The position numbers and the translations under genes were made by a program. Positions 1 through 11,989 of a stretch of DNA of 64,000 nt are shown here, in pieces (within the stretch, counting starts at the first letter, position 1; every line of letters begins with the position of its first letter). The DNA comes from Anaeramoeba ignava BMAN (taxonomy: Eukaryota; Protista; Anaeramoebae), in contig JAPDFW010000016.1 in assembly GCA_028826165.1 (NCBI GenBank), forward strand, positions 1-64,000, given 5' to 3'. The notes beneath the pieces are model-generated. The model worked only from the letters and a program-made list of their open reading frames with translations. It was not told the origin of the DNA and did not search any database.

Positions 1-2526
1 AATGTAGATGATTGCTGAACTGGAAATTTCATAATATTCTTCCTCCATTTAATCCTGAAGGAATAAATAATAATTCATTAAAAGTTGTTAAACAAATTTT
101 GTTGAATTGTAAGTAAATGAATATGCTTTTAATCCGCACTTGATAAATTTAATGAATTCCAATTACAAAAGAAATCCATTAATTAATGAGATACAATTTA
201 ATGAAGTAATATTCTAATTTAGCTCTTGTTGAAATAATTGAACTAGGTAATAATATAGTGTTTCACAATTTTAAAATCAACACATCTCAGGTGAATTGGA
301 AATATTCAATATTTCCTGGATATTTTCACTATTCCAATTACTTACCATTTCCACTTAAATCAAGAGTGAATTTTTGCCAATTTGTTCCATTATCAAGTGA
401 AATTGAATACCATTTTGCATTTGTTAATTTTTGAAATTAAATTCAATTTCTTCAATTTTAGAAATTGTTTCATAAATTATTGGAGAAGTTAAATTATCAG
501 TTATAATTGAAATTGATGAAATATATCCATTTTCCATTTTGAATCACATGCTGATATATTGATATTCTTGATTTGGAAATTGGGAACTGTAATCCGTTGA
601 TTTGATGATGTTGGTTGGATAATTTCCGGAATCATTTTGATAAAATTCGATTGTTAAATTATAATAAGATGGAATTGAATAAGTAATTGGTTGATTCCAA
701 TTACAAATTAATATCTAATAAAATTTGAAATTGAACATGTTAAATTTGTAACTTCTCCAAATAATGTTGAAATTGAATGATTCAACAATTTATCCTTTAT
801 CATCTCCTTCACACTCAAGTGTTCTACATCCACAAATTGAAATATTATAATCACTTCCACATTCTAAATTATTCAAAAATAATCAAATAGAATTTTCAAC
901 TGAAATGAAAGATATTAAAATCAGGTTGAGATTGAATGAAATAAGAAAAGATTATAATGATCAAGATGAGCAATTCCTTCATCAATCTGAACATTTGGAT
1001 AATTCCAAGTAACATTAATTGAATAATTTGAAGGATTTGATAATTGGAAATCTTTTAAGAATCAATTTTGATGTTAAATTAATGAAAGAAGAAGATTCAC
1101 CACATATCATTGATTCATTATCACAAGTTTTTGATTTGAATTGAACAATATTCATTTCCAGTAATATTATCATAAAAATGAAAAATTAAAATAATTGATA
1201 ATAAACATTCTCATTTTTCAAGAATTGGATAATCAGCTATCAACCAATCATATCCATAATTAATTTGATAAATCAAAGAAGGAAATTGAATTTCATCCCA
1301 ATAACAATCAAATGATGAAACAAAGATGAACAATTAACAATATTAACTTGAGGAATTAAACTAGCTTTAAACAAATGTTTGGCTTGCATCCCCCAGCTCC
1401 AATAACAGTAAAAATTCCCATAAACTGAAACAGAACATCCAAATTCTGAAAGCTGATTCACTCAAAATTTTTCTTGATTCCAAATTAACTCATTGTATCT
1501 GTAAATAAATGCTTTTTGCAGTATAAGTTCCAAATAGCAATAACATCTTCATAAATTGAAAGAGTCCATCCAAAATTTGAAGATGATTCATTCAAAAATT
1601 TGTTCTTGATTCCAAAATGATCCATTATATCTGTAAATAAATACTTGATTTGCATCATAAGTTCCAATAACAATAACATCTTCATAAATTGAAACAGAAT
1701 ATCCAAATCTTGAAGTTGATTCATTGAAAAATGTTGTTCTTGATTCCAAAAATGATCCATTATATCTGTAAACAAATGTTTGATTTGCATCATAAGTTCC
1801 AACAACAGTAACATTCTCATAAATTGAAAGAGAAAAACCCAAATTCTGAAGGTCCACTCAAGATTTGTTCTTGATTCCAAAATGTTCCATTATATCTGTA
1901 AATATATGCTTGATTTTTACCAGAAAACCCCAACAATAGTAACATTCTCATAAACTGAAACAGACTGTCCAAAATTTGAATTTGTTTCACTCCAAAATTT
2001 GGTTCTATTTCATTCCAAAATGTTCCATATATCTGTAAATATATGCTTTTTGCACCAGAAGCACCAATAACAATAACATCTTCATAAATTGAAACAGGAT
2101 ATCCAAACAATGAAGTTGATTCATTCAAAGTTTGTTCAAGTTCAAAATTTGTTCCATTATATCTGTAAAATATATGCTTTTATTTGAGAGCCCAAGCACC
2201 AATAAACAAGAACATCTTTATAAACTGAAACAGAACCTCCAAAATACATTGAACCTGAAAAATTGATCTAATAAATTCCAAATCCAAGCTTCATCTGGAG
2301 TAGAATAATATCTTGTTGTTTCTGTTAATGTTTCTATTTCTTTTTAATATTGGTGATATTGATATTAATGATGGAATTGATTTTTGATTTTGATTTTGAT
2401 TTTGATTTTGATTTTTGATTTTTGATTTTTGATTTTTGATTTTTTGATTTTGATTTTGATTTTGATTTGATTTAATTAAGAAAATATTGATAATTAAGAA
2501 AAGGAAAAGAAAAGAATTAATTTCAT
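1..2526 (-). pseudogene. FG-GAP beta-propeller/FN3-like surface protein, copy 1; many frameshifts, 3' end outside window
   Basis: Colinear and highly similar to copies 2 and 3 (ATG at 2526, MKLILFFS start, NQ microsatellite, FGxSVSIY repeats) but broken by many 1-nt indels. Pseudogene or poorly polished sequence. Confidence 0.7.
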
Positions 2527-3403
2527 TTTTGTTTTTGTTTTCTTTTTGTTTTTATTTTTTTTTTGAATAAAAATAAAAATAAAAATTAAGTAAAAATTAT
2601 TTAATCAAATTTGGAAAAATAAATTTTTATTAATTTTTGAAAGATAAAATGGGGTATTTTTAATTTTAATTTATAATTTTAATTTTAATTTTGATTTTAA
2701 TTTTGATTTTTAATTTTAATTTTAATTTTTAATTTTAATTTTAATTTTAATTTACTTTTGAAAAGATAAATGGAAAAATGAAAAATGAGAAAAAAATGAT
2801 CTTTTTTTCTTTTTGTTGTTTTGTTTTAATTTATTTAATTAAAAAAAAAAATTTTTTTCTTGTTATTTTTTTAATTTTAATCCCCTAAAACAAAAATAAT
2901 AAAAAAAAGAAAAAAAAAACAAAATTATTTTTTAAATTTAATTTGATTTAATTTCTTTTTAGAATTAATTTGATTAAATTAATTTATTTAATCAAATTAA
3001 TTATTTTATTTTTTTTATTGATTAAATTTAAATTAAAATAAATAAAAGAAATAAATAAAAAGAAAGAGATCAAATAATTTAAAATTAAAATAAAAATATT
3101 GAATTGTTTAAAATTTATAATAATTCTTTTAATTTTTTAATTTTATTTTTGATTATTTTTTTTTGATTATTAATTTCTTTTTTAATTTTGATTTTAATTT
3201 TGAATTTTTGAATTTTTGATTTTTAAATTTATTTCTTCTTTTTCTTTTTAAAATAATTTAATCAAAAAAAAAACAAAAAAGCAAAATAGAAAGTTGTTTT
3301 TTTTTTGGAAAATAGATTGTTTTGAATTTTTTGAAATTGAAAAAGAAAAAAGAAAAAAAGAAAAAAGAAAAAAGAATTTGGAAAATTAAAGTTGAAATTA
3401 GAA

Positions 3404-6173
3404 TTAAATATCTAAATTATCTTGAAGTTCTTTTTCTTCTTGTTTTTGATTTTGATTTTTAGATTGTTTTTTTCTTGTTGTTTTCTTATATAAAAGAATT
3501 CCAATAATAATTATTAAAATAGCAATAATTGGAACAAGAATTCCAACAGTTATTGCTGTTGTGTTTGAATTGTTTGAATTATCAGTTGTTTGAGTTGGTT
3601 GATAAGGAGATAATGTTGTAATTGATGTTGTTGAATTGATTCCTGAATATTCATTATTTAAACAATTTAATGTAGATGATTGTTGAACTGAAATTTCATA
3701 ATATTCTCCTCCATTTAATCCTGAAGGAATTAAATAATAATTGAATAAAGTTGTTAAACAAACTGAAATTGAATTAAAAGTAAATGAATATGCTTTTAAT
3801 CCACTTGATAAAATTAATGAATTCCAATTACAAAAAAATCCATTAATTAATGAGATACAATTTAATGAAGTAATATTTCCTAATTTAGCTCTTGTTGAAA
3901 TAATTGAACTAGGTAATCCTAAATATAGTGTTTCACAATTTAAATCAACACATCCTCGAATTGAAATATTATATTCAATATTTCCTGATATTTCACTTAT
4001 TATTCCAATTACTTCATTTCCACTTAAATCAAGAGATGTGAATTTTTGCCAATTTGTTCCATTATCAAGTGAAATTGAATAATTGTTTGCATTTGTTAAT
4101 TTTGTGAAATTAAATTCAATTTCTTCAATTTTAGAAATTGTTTCATAAATTATTGGAGAAGTTAAATTATCAGTTATAATTGAAATTGATGAAATATATC
4201 CACATTTTCCATTTGAATTACATGCTGATATATTGATTTGATATTCTTGATTTGGAAATTGAACTGTAAATTGTTGATTTGATAAAAGTTGGTTGATAAT
4301 TTCCTGAATCATTTTGATAAATTGATTGATAAGTTAAATTATAATAAAATGGAATTGAACAATTAATTGGTTGATTCCAATTACAATTAATATCAAATAA
4401 ATTTGAAATTGAACATGTTAAATTTGTAACTTCTTCAAATAATAATGAAATTGATGATTCAACAATTTCTCCTTTATCATCTCCTTCACACTTAAGTGTT
4501 CTACATCCACAAATTGAAATATTATAATCATTTTCAGATTCTAAATTATTCAAAAAATAATCAAGCGAAGAATTTTCAACTGAAATGAAAGATATTAAAT
4601 CAGGTTGAGATTGAATGAAATAAGAAAGATTATAATGATCAAGATGAGCAATTCCTTCATCAATCTGAACATTTGGATAATTCCAAGTAACATTAATTGA
4701 ATAATTTGAAGGATTTGATAATTGGAAATCTTTTACAGAATCAATTTTTGATGTTAAATTAATGAAAGAAGAAGATTCACCACATATCATTGATTCATTA
4801 TCACAAGCTTTGATTTGAATTGAATAATATTCATTTCCAGTAATATTATCATAAAATGAAGAATTAAATTGTTGATAATAAACATTCTCATTTTCAAGAA
4901 TTGGATAATCAATATCAATCCAATTATATCCATAATTAATTTGATAAATCAAAGTTGAAGGAAATTGAATTTTATCCCAATAACAATCAAATGATGAAAA
5001 CAAAGATGAACAATTAACAATATTAACTTGAGGAATTAAACTAGCTTCATAAACAAATGCTTGATTTGCCATAAAAGTTCCAATAACAGTAAAATTCCCA
5101 TAAATTGAAACAGGATATCCAAATTCTGTAGCTGAAGGTTGACTCAAATTTTTTTCTTGATTCCAAAATGATCCATTATATCTGTAAATAAATGCTTTAT
5201 TTGCACCAGAAGCACCAATAGCAATAACATCTTCATAAACTGAAACAGAATATCCAAACCTTGAAATTGAAGGTTCACTCAAAATTTGTTCTTCATTCCA
5301 AATTGATCCATTATATCTGTAAATAAATACTTGTTTTGCATCCCAAGCACCAATAACAATAACATTACCATAAATTGAAACAGAATATCCAAAATATGAA
5401 GGCCCACTCAAAGTTTGTTCAAGTTCAAAATTTGTTCCATTATATCTGTAAATAAATACTTGTTTTACATCCCAAGTACCAATAACAATAACATTACCAT
5501 AAATTGAAACAGAATATCCAAAATATGAAGATGATTCATACAAAGTTTGTTCTTCATTCCAAAATGTACCATTATATCTGTAAATATATGTTTTATTTGC
5601 AATAGTTCCAACAACAGTAACATTCTCATAAACTGAAACAGACTGTCCAAAATATGAAACTGATTCATACAAAATTTGTTCTTCATTCCAAAATGTTCCG
5701 TTATATCTGTAAATATATGCTTTAGTTACATCAGTAGATCCAATAACAATAACATCTTCATAAACTGAAACACTCAATCCAAAATATGAAGGCCCACTCA
5801 AAATTTGTTCAAGTTCAAAATTTGTTCCATTATATCTGTAAATATATGCTTTATTTGCACCATAAGCACCAATAACAAGAATATCTTTATAAACTGAAAC
5901 AGAATGTCCAAAAAATCCTGAAGCTGAAAATTGATCTAATAAATTCCAAATCCAAGCTTCATCTGGAGTAGAATAATATCTTGTTGTTTCTGTTTCTTTT
6001 AATGTTGGTATTAATGATGGAATTGATTTTTGATTTTGATTTTGATTTTGATTTTGATTTTGATTTTGATTTTGATTTTGATTTTGATTTTGATTTTGAT
6101 TTTGATTTTGATTTGATTTAATTAAGAAAATATTGATAATTAAGAAAAAGGAAAAGAAAAGAATTAATTTCAT
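3404..6173 (-). CDS. FG-GAP 7-bladed beta-propeller + FN3-like stalk + single TM surface protein, copy 2 (one frameshift near 4285)
   Basis: ORFs 4218..6173 and 3404..4312 together match copy 3. One extra A in 'gataaaagttgg' versus 'gatgaagttgg' in copy 3. Signal peptide, 7 FGxSVSxY..VIGA repeats, TM AITVGILVPIIAILIIIIGILLY. Confidence 0.8.
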
Positions 6174-7065
6174 TTTTTGTTTTGTTTTCTTTTTGTTTGC
6201 TATTTTTTTTTGAATAAAAATAAAAAATAAAAAAATTAAGTAAAAATTATTTAATCAAATTTGGAAAAATAAATTTTTATTAATTTTTTTTTTGAAAGAT
6301 AAAATGGGGTATTTTTTAATTTTAATTTATAATTTTAATTTTAATTTTAATTTTGATTTTAATTTTAATTTTAATTTTAATTTGAATTTTAATTTTAATT
6401 TTAATTTTAATTTTAATTTTAATTTTAATTAACTTACTTTTGAAAAGATAAATGGAAAAATGAAAAATGAGAAAAAAATGATCTTTTTTTCTTTTTGTTG
6501 TTTTGTTTTAATTTATTTAATTAAAAAAAAAAATTTTTTTTCTTGTTATTTTTTTAATTTTAATCCCCTAAAACAAAAATAATAAAAAAAAGAAAAAAAA
6601 AACAAAATTATTTTTTAAATTTAATTTGATTTAATTTCTTTTTAGAATTAATTTGATTAAATTAATTTATTTAATCAAATTAATTATTTTATTTTTTTTA
6701 TTGATTAAATTTAAATTAAAATAAATAAAAGAAATAAATAAAAAGAAAGAGATCAAATAATTTAAAATTAAAATAAAAATATTAAATTGTTTAAAATTTA
6801 TAATAATTCTTTTAATTTTTATTATTTTTTTTTGATTATTAATTTCTTTTTTAATTTTGATTTTAATTTTGAATTTTTGAATTTTTGATTTTTAAATTTA
6901 TTTCTTCTTTTTCTTTTTAAAATAATTTAATTAAAAAAAAACAAAAAAGCAAAATAGAAAGTTGTTTTTTTTTTGGAAAATAGATTGTTTTGAATTTTTT
7001 GAAAAGAAAAAAGAAAAAAAGAAAAAAAGAAAAAAGAATTTGGAAAATTAAAGTTGGAATTTAAA

Positions 7066-9795
7066 TTAAAGATCTAAATCAGTATGAAGCTCTTTTTCTT
7101 TGATAATTTCTTTAATAATTTGTTTTTTTCTTGTTTTCTTCTTATATAAAGTAATTCCAATAATAATTATTAAAATAGTAATAATTGGAACAAGAATTCC
7201 AACAGTTATTGCTGTTGTGTTTGAATTGTTTGAATCAGTTGTTTGAGTTGGTTGACAAGGAGATGATGTTGTAATTGATGTTGTTGAATTGATTCCTGAA
7301 TATTCATTATTTAAACAATTTAATGTAGATGATTGTTGAACTGAAATTTCATAATATTCTCCTCCATTTAATCCTGAAGGAATTAAATAATAATTCATTA
7401 AAGTTGTTAAACAAATTTTTGTTGAATTGTAAGTAAATGAATATGCTTTTAATCCACTTGATAAAATTAATGAATTCCAATTACAAACAAATCCATTAAT
7501 TAATGAAATGCAATTTAATGAAGTAATATTTCCTAATTTAGCTCTTGTTGAAATAATTGAACTAGGTAATCCTAAATATGGTGTTTCACAATTTAAATCA
7601 ATACATCCTCGAATTGAAATATTATATTCAATATTTCCTGATATTTCACTTATTATTCCAATAACTTCATTTCCACTTAAATCAAGAGATGTGAATTTTT
7701 GCCAATTTGTTCCATTATTAAGTGAAATTGAATAATTATTTGCATTTGTTAATTTTGTAAAATTAAATTCAATTTCTTCAATTTTGGAAATTGTTTCATA
7801 AATTATTGGAGCTATTGTGAAATTATCAGTTATAATTGAAATTGATGAAATATATCCACATCTTCCATTTGAATCACATGCTGATATATTGATTTGATAT
7901 TCTTGATTTGGAAATTGAACTGTAAATTGTTGATTTGATGAAGTTGGTTGATAATTTCCTGAATCATTTTGATAAATTGATTGATAAGTTAAATTATAAT
8001 AAAATGGAATTGAACAATTAATTGGTTGATTCCAATTACAATTAATATCAAATAAATTTGAAATTGAACATGTTAAATTTGTAACTTCTTCAAATAATAA
8101 TGAAATTGATGATTCAACAATTTCTCCTTTATCATCTCCTTCACACTTAAGTGTTCTACATCCACAAATTGAAATATTATAATCACTTCCACATTTTAAA
8201 TTATTCAAAAGATAATCAAGTGAAGAATTTTCAACTGGAATGAAAGATATTAAATCAGGTTGAGATTGAGTGAAATAAGAAAGATTATAATGATTAAGAT
8301 GAGCAATTCCTTCATTGATTTGAACATTTGGATAATCCCAAGTAATATTAATTGAATAATTTGAAGGATTTGATAATTGGAAATCTTTTACAGAATCAAT
8401 TTTTGATGTTAAATTAATGAAAGAAGAAGATTCACCACATATCATTGATTCATTATCACAAGCTTTGATTTGAATTGAATAATATTCATTTCCAGTAATA
8501 TTATCATAAAATGAAGAATTAAATAATTGATAATAAACATTCTCATTTTCAAGAATTGGATAATCAATATCAATCCAATCATATCCATAATTAATTTGAT
8601 AAATCAAAGTTGAAGGAAATTCAATTTTATTCCAATAACAATCAAATGATGAGAACAAAGATGAACAATTAACAATAACTTGAGAAATGAAACTAGCTTC
8701 ATAAATAAATGCTTGATTTGCATCATAAGCTCCAATAACAGTAAAATTCCCATAAACTGAAACAGAACATCCAAAAAGTGAAACTGAAGGTTGACTCAAA
8801 ATTTTTTCTTGATTCCAAATCGATTCATTGTATCTGTAAATAAATGCTTGATTTGCTCCATAAGCTCCAACAACAATAACATTCCCATAAATTGAAACAC
8901 TCCTTCCAAAAAATGAAACAGAAGATTCATTCAAAATTTGTTCTTGATTCCAAATTGATCCATTATATCTGTAAATAAATGCTTGATTTGCAGCATTAGT
9001 ACCAATAACAGTAACATCTTCATAAACTGAAACACTCCATCCAAAAGATTGAGCTGATACCTTGAAATTTTGTTCTTGATTCCAAATTGATCCATTATAT
9101 CTGTAAATAAATGCTTGATTTGAATAACAAGCTCCAATAACAATAACATTTCCATAAATTGAAACACTCCTTCCAAAATTTGAAGCTGATTCATACAAAT
9201 TTTGTTCTTGATTCCAAAATGTTCCATTATATCTGTAAATAAATGCTTGTTTTGCATAATAAGCTCCAATAACAGTAACATTCTCATAAATTGAAACACT
9301 CCTTCCAAAATATGAAGCTGATTCATACAAATTTTGTTCTTGATTCCAAAATGATCCATTATATCTGTAAATAAATGCTTGATTTGCACCATGAGCTCCA
9401 ACAACAATAACATTCTCATAAATTGAAACAGAACATCCAAAATATGTAGCTGATTCATAGAAAGTTTGTTCAAATTCAAAATTTGTTCCATTATATCTGT
9501 AAATAAATATTTGATTTGCTTCAGGAGCACCAATAACAAGAACATCTTTATAAATTGAAACAGAACCTCCAAAATATCCTGAACCTGAAAATTGATCTAA
9601 TAAATTCCAAAACCAAGCTTCATCTGGAGTAGAATAATATCTTGTTGTTTCTGTTAATGTTTCTATTTCTGTTAATATTGGTGATATTGATATTAATGAT
9701 GGAATTGATTTTTGATTTTGATTTTGATTTTGATTTGATTTAATTAAGAAAATATTAATAATTAAGAAAAAGGAAAAGAAAAGAATTAATTTCAT
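7066..9795 (-). CDS. FG-GAP 7-bladed beta-propeller + FN3-like stalk + single TM surface protein, copy 3 (intact, 909 aa)
   Basis: ATG at 9795 (MKLILFFSFFLII signal peptide, same as the paralogues). Seven ~44-aa FGxSVSIYxNVxVIGA..ANQAFIYRYNG..W repeats, Cys/Trp/Tyr-patterned FN3-like domains, many NxS/T sequons, C-terminal TM and basic tail. Confidence 0.88.
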   Translation of the reverse strand: MKLILFFSFFLIINIFLIKSNQNQNQNQKSIPSLISISPILTEIETLTETTRYYSTPDEAWFWNLLDQFSGSGYFGGSVSIYKDVLVIGAPEANQIFIYRYNGTNFEFEQTFYESATYFGCSVSIYENVIVVGAHGANQAFIYRYNGSFWNQEQNLYESASYFGRSVSIYENVTVIGAYYAKQAFIYRYNGTFWNQEQNLYESASNFGRSVSIYGNVIVIGACYSNQAFIYRYNGSIWNQEQNFKVSAQSFGWSVSVYEDVTVIGTNAANQAFIYRYNGSIWNQEQILNESSVSFFGRSVSIYGNVIVVGAYGANQAFIYRYNESIWNQEKILSQPSVSLFGCSVSVYGNFTVIGAYDANQAFIYEASFISQVIVNCSSLFSSFDCYWNKIEFPSTLIYQINYGYDWIDIDYPILENENVYYQLFNSSFYDNITGNEYYSIQIKACDNESMICGESSSFINLTSKIDSVKDFQLSNPSNYSINITWDYPNVQINEGIAHLNHYNLSYFTQSQPDLISFIPVENSSLDYLLNNLKCGSDYNISICGCRTLKCEGDDKGEIVESSISLLFEEVTNLTCSISNLFDINCNWNQPINCSIPFYYNLTYQSIYQNDSGNYQPTSSNQQFTVQFPNQEYQINISACDSNGRCGYISSISIITDNFTIAPIIYETISKIEEIEFNFTKLTNANNYSISLNNGTNWQKFTSLDLSGNEVIGIISEISGNIEYNISIRGCIDLNCETPYLGLPSSIISTRAKLGNITSLNCISLINGFVCNWNSLILSSGLKAYSFTYNSTKICLTTLMNYYLIPSGLNGGEYYEISVQQSSTLNCLNNEYSGINSTTSITTSSPCQPTQTTDSNNSNTTAITVGILVPIITILIIIIGITLYKKKTRKKQIIKEIIKEKELHTDLDL

Positions 9796-10299
9796 TTTTT
9801 GCTTTTTTTTTTTAATAAAAATAAAAATAAGTAAAATTAATAAATAAAATTTTGTATTTTTTGTGTTTTTTGTGTTACTTTTATAAAGGATGTAGAATGA
9901 AAGAAAAAAAACAAACAAAAAAAATGAGAAAAATGATCTTTTCTTAGTTTTTTAAATTAAGTAAAATTTTTTTTTTTTTGCTTTTTTTTTTAATCCATTT
10001 TTTTTAATTAATTTTTAATTTTAATTTCAGAAATGGAATTTAATTGTAATTTTAATTTTATTTTTATTGTTGTTTTTATTGTTTAAATTTTAATTATGAA
10101 TAAAAAAAAATAAAAATTAGTAATATTTTTTTTTTTTAATTAATTTTAAATAATGCCCACAAAAACAAAAAAAATAAAAAAAAAAATAAAAAAAAAAATA
10201 AAAATAAAAAATTTTTTTTTAAAATTAAAAAATTAAATTTTCATTTTTTCTTTTCAAAAAACAAAAAACAAAGAAAAAAACGAAAATAGAAAGAATAAA

Positions 10300-11704
10300 A
10301 TGCCAAATTTTAAGCATACATTACCAAATGTACATTTACACAAAGATTGGAAATCACGAGTCAAGACATGGTTTGATCAACCAGGGCGTAAAAAGCGTAG
10401 AAGAATGAGCCGATTAAAGAAGGCAGCACGAGTTGCGCCACGACCCATTAACGGACCACTTCGCCCACTTGTTCATTCACAAACAGTGCGTTATAACATG
10501 CGTGTGCGCGCAGGTCGTGGATTTACTTTCCAGGAACTTAAAGAAGCTGGAATTCATAAAAAATTCGCTAGATCTATTGGTATTTCTGTTGATCATAGAA
10601 GAATGAATCGTTCGGAACAATCTCTTCGTGAAAATGTTGAAAGATTGAAGGAATATAAAGCTAATTTGATTCTTTTCCCAAGACGCAAAGGTTTTTATTA
10701 TTTATATAAATATAAAATTCAATTTAAAATTCATTTATAAAATTAAAATTCATTTATAAAATTAAAATTCATTTATAAAATTAAAATTCATTTATAAAAT
10801 TAAAATTAAAATTAAAATTAAAATTAAAATTAAAATTAAAATTAAAATTAAAATTAAAATTCATTTCAAAATTAAAAATTAAAATTAAAATTAAAATTAA
10901 AATTAAAATTAAAATTAAAATTCAAATTAAAATTCATTTATAAAATTAAAATTAAAATTAAAATTAAAATTAAAATTAAAATTAAAATTAAAATTAAAAT
11001 TAAAATTAATATTAAAAATTAAAATTAAAATTAAAATTAAAATTAAAATTAAAATTAAAATTAAAATTAAAATTAAAATTAAAATTCATTTCAAAATTTT
11101 CACGAAAAATTAAAATTAAAATTAAAATTCATTTCAAAATTAAAATTAAAATTAAAATTAAAATTAAAATTAAAATTAAAATTAAAATTCATTTATAAAT
11201 TAAAATTAAAATTAAAATAAATATTAAAATTAAAATTAAAATTATAATTAAAATTAAAATTAAAATTCAAATTAAAATTAAAATTAAAATTCATTTATAA
11301 AATTAAAATTAAAATTTAAATTAAAATTCAAATTAATATTAAAATTCATTTATTAAATCAAAATTAAAATTAAAATTTAAATTAAAATAAAATTAAAATT
11401 AAAATTAAAATTAGGCAAATTTAAGAATGGTGATTCTAAAAAAGAAGACCTCAAACTTGCTAAACAAATTAAATACACTCCAACAACCAAAACAGAACCT
11501 GAAGTTATTGCAAGAAAAATTACAGATAGAGAAAGAAAAGCTAAAGTTTGGAAATTACAAAGAATGAATAATAGAGCTGTTAGATCTATTATTGCAAAAA
11601 AAATTGCCGCTAAACAATTAAAAAGAAAACAATACAGAATGCAAAAAAAACAAGAACAAAAACAAAAACAAGATCCAAAACAAAAGAAAACAGACAACAA
11701 TTAA
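10300..11704 (+). CDS. RPL13: 60S ribosomal protein L13 (eL13); exons 10300-10690 and 11415-11704
   Basis: [46 protein letters not shown] and [13 protein letters not shown] are eL13 signatures. The GT..TAG phase-1 intron restores [13 protein letters not shown]. Confidence 0.96.
10691..11414 (+). repeat. RPL13 intron composed of (TTAAAA)n
   Basis: Starts GT at 10691, ends TTAG at 11414; nearly pure TTAAAA hexamer with TTCATT variants. Confidence 0.9.
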
Positions 11705-11989
11705 ATAATTAAATAATTAATTAAAAAATTAATTCTTAATTCATAATTCATTCATTAATTTAGACTTCCTTTCCGTTTTTTTTTCCTCTTCTTCTTCTTT
11801 TAAAATCTTTTTAAAATTTCCAATATTAAGAAAATTTAAACAACAAAAATAATTTTCTTTTTTTTTTTTACTTTCATTCCCTCAAAAAAAGACAAATTGA
11901 TTCAAATTTTAAAATAAGGATAATAAAATTTTTAAAAAACAAATTCATTTTAAAATTCTTTTTAAAATCCTTTTCAAAATTTTAATTTT

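Noticed and set aside
4280-4290. Programmed frameshift in surface protein copy 2
   Set aside because: Single extra base in a short A run, next to an indel-rich copy 1; sequencing error or recent inactivation is simpler.
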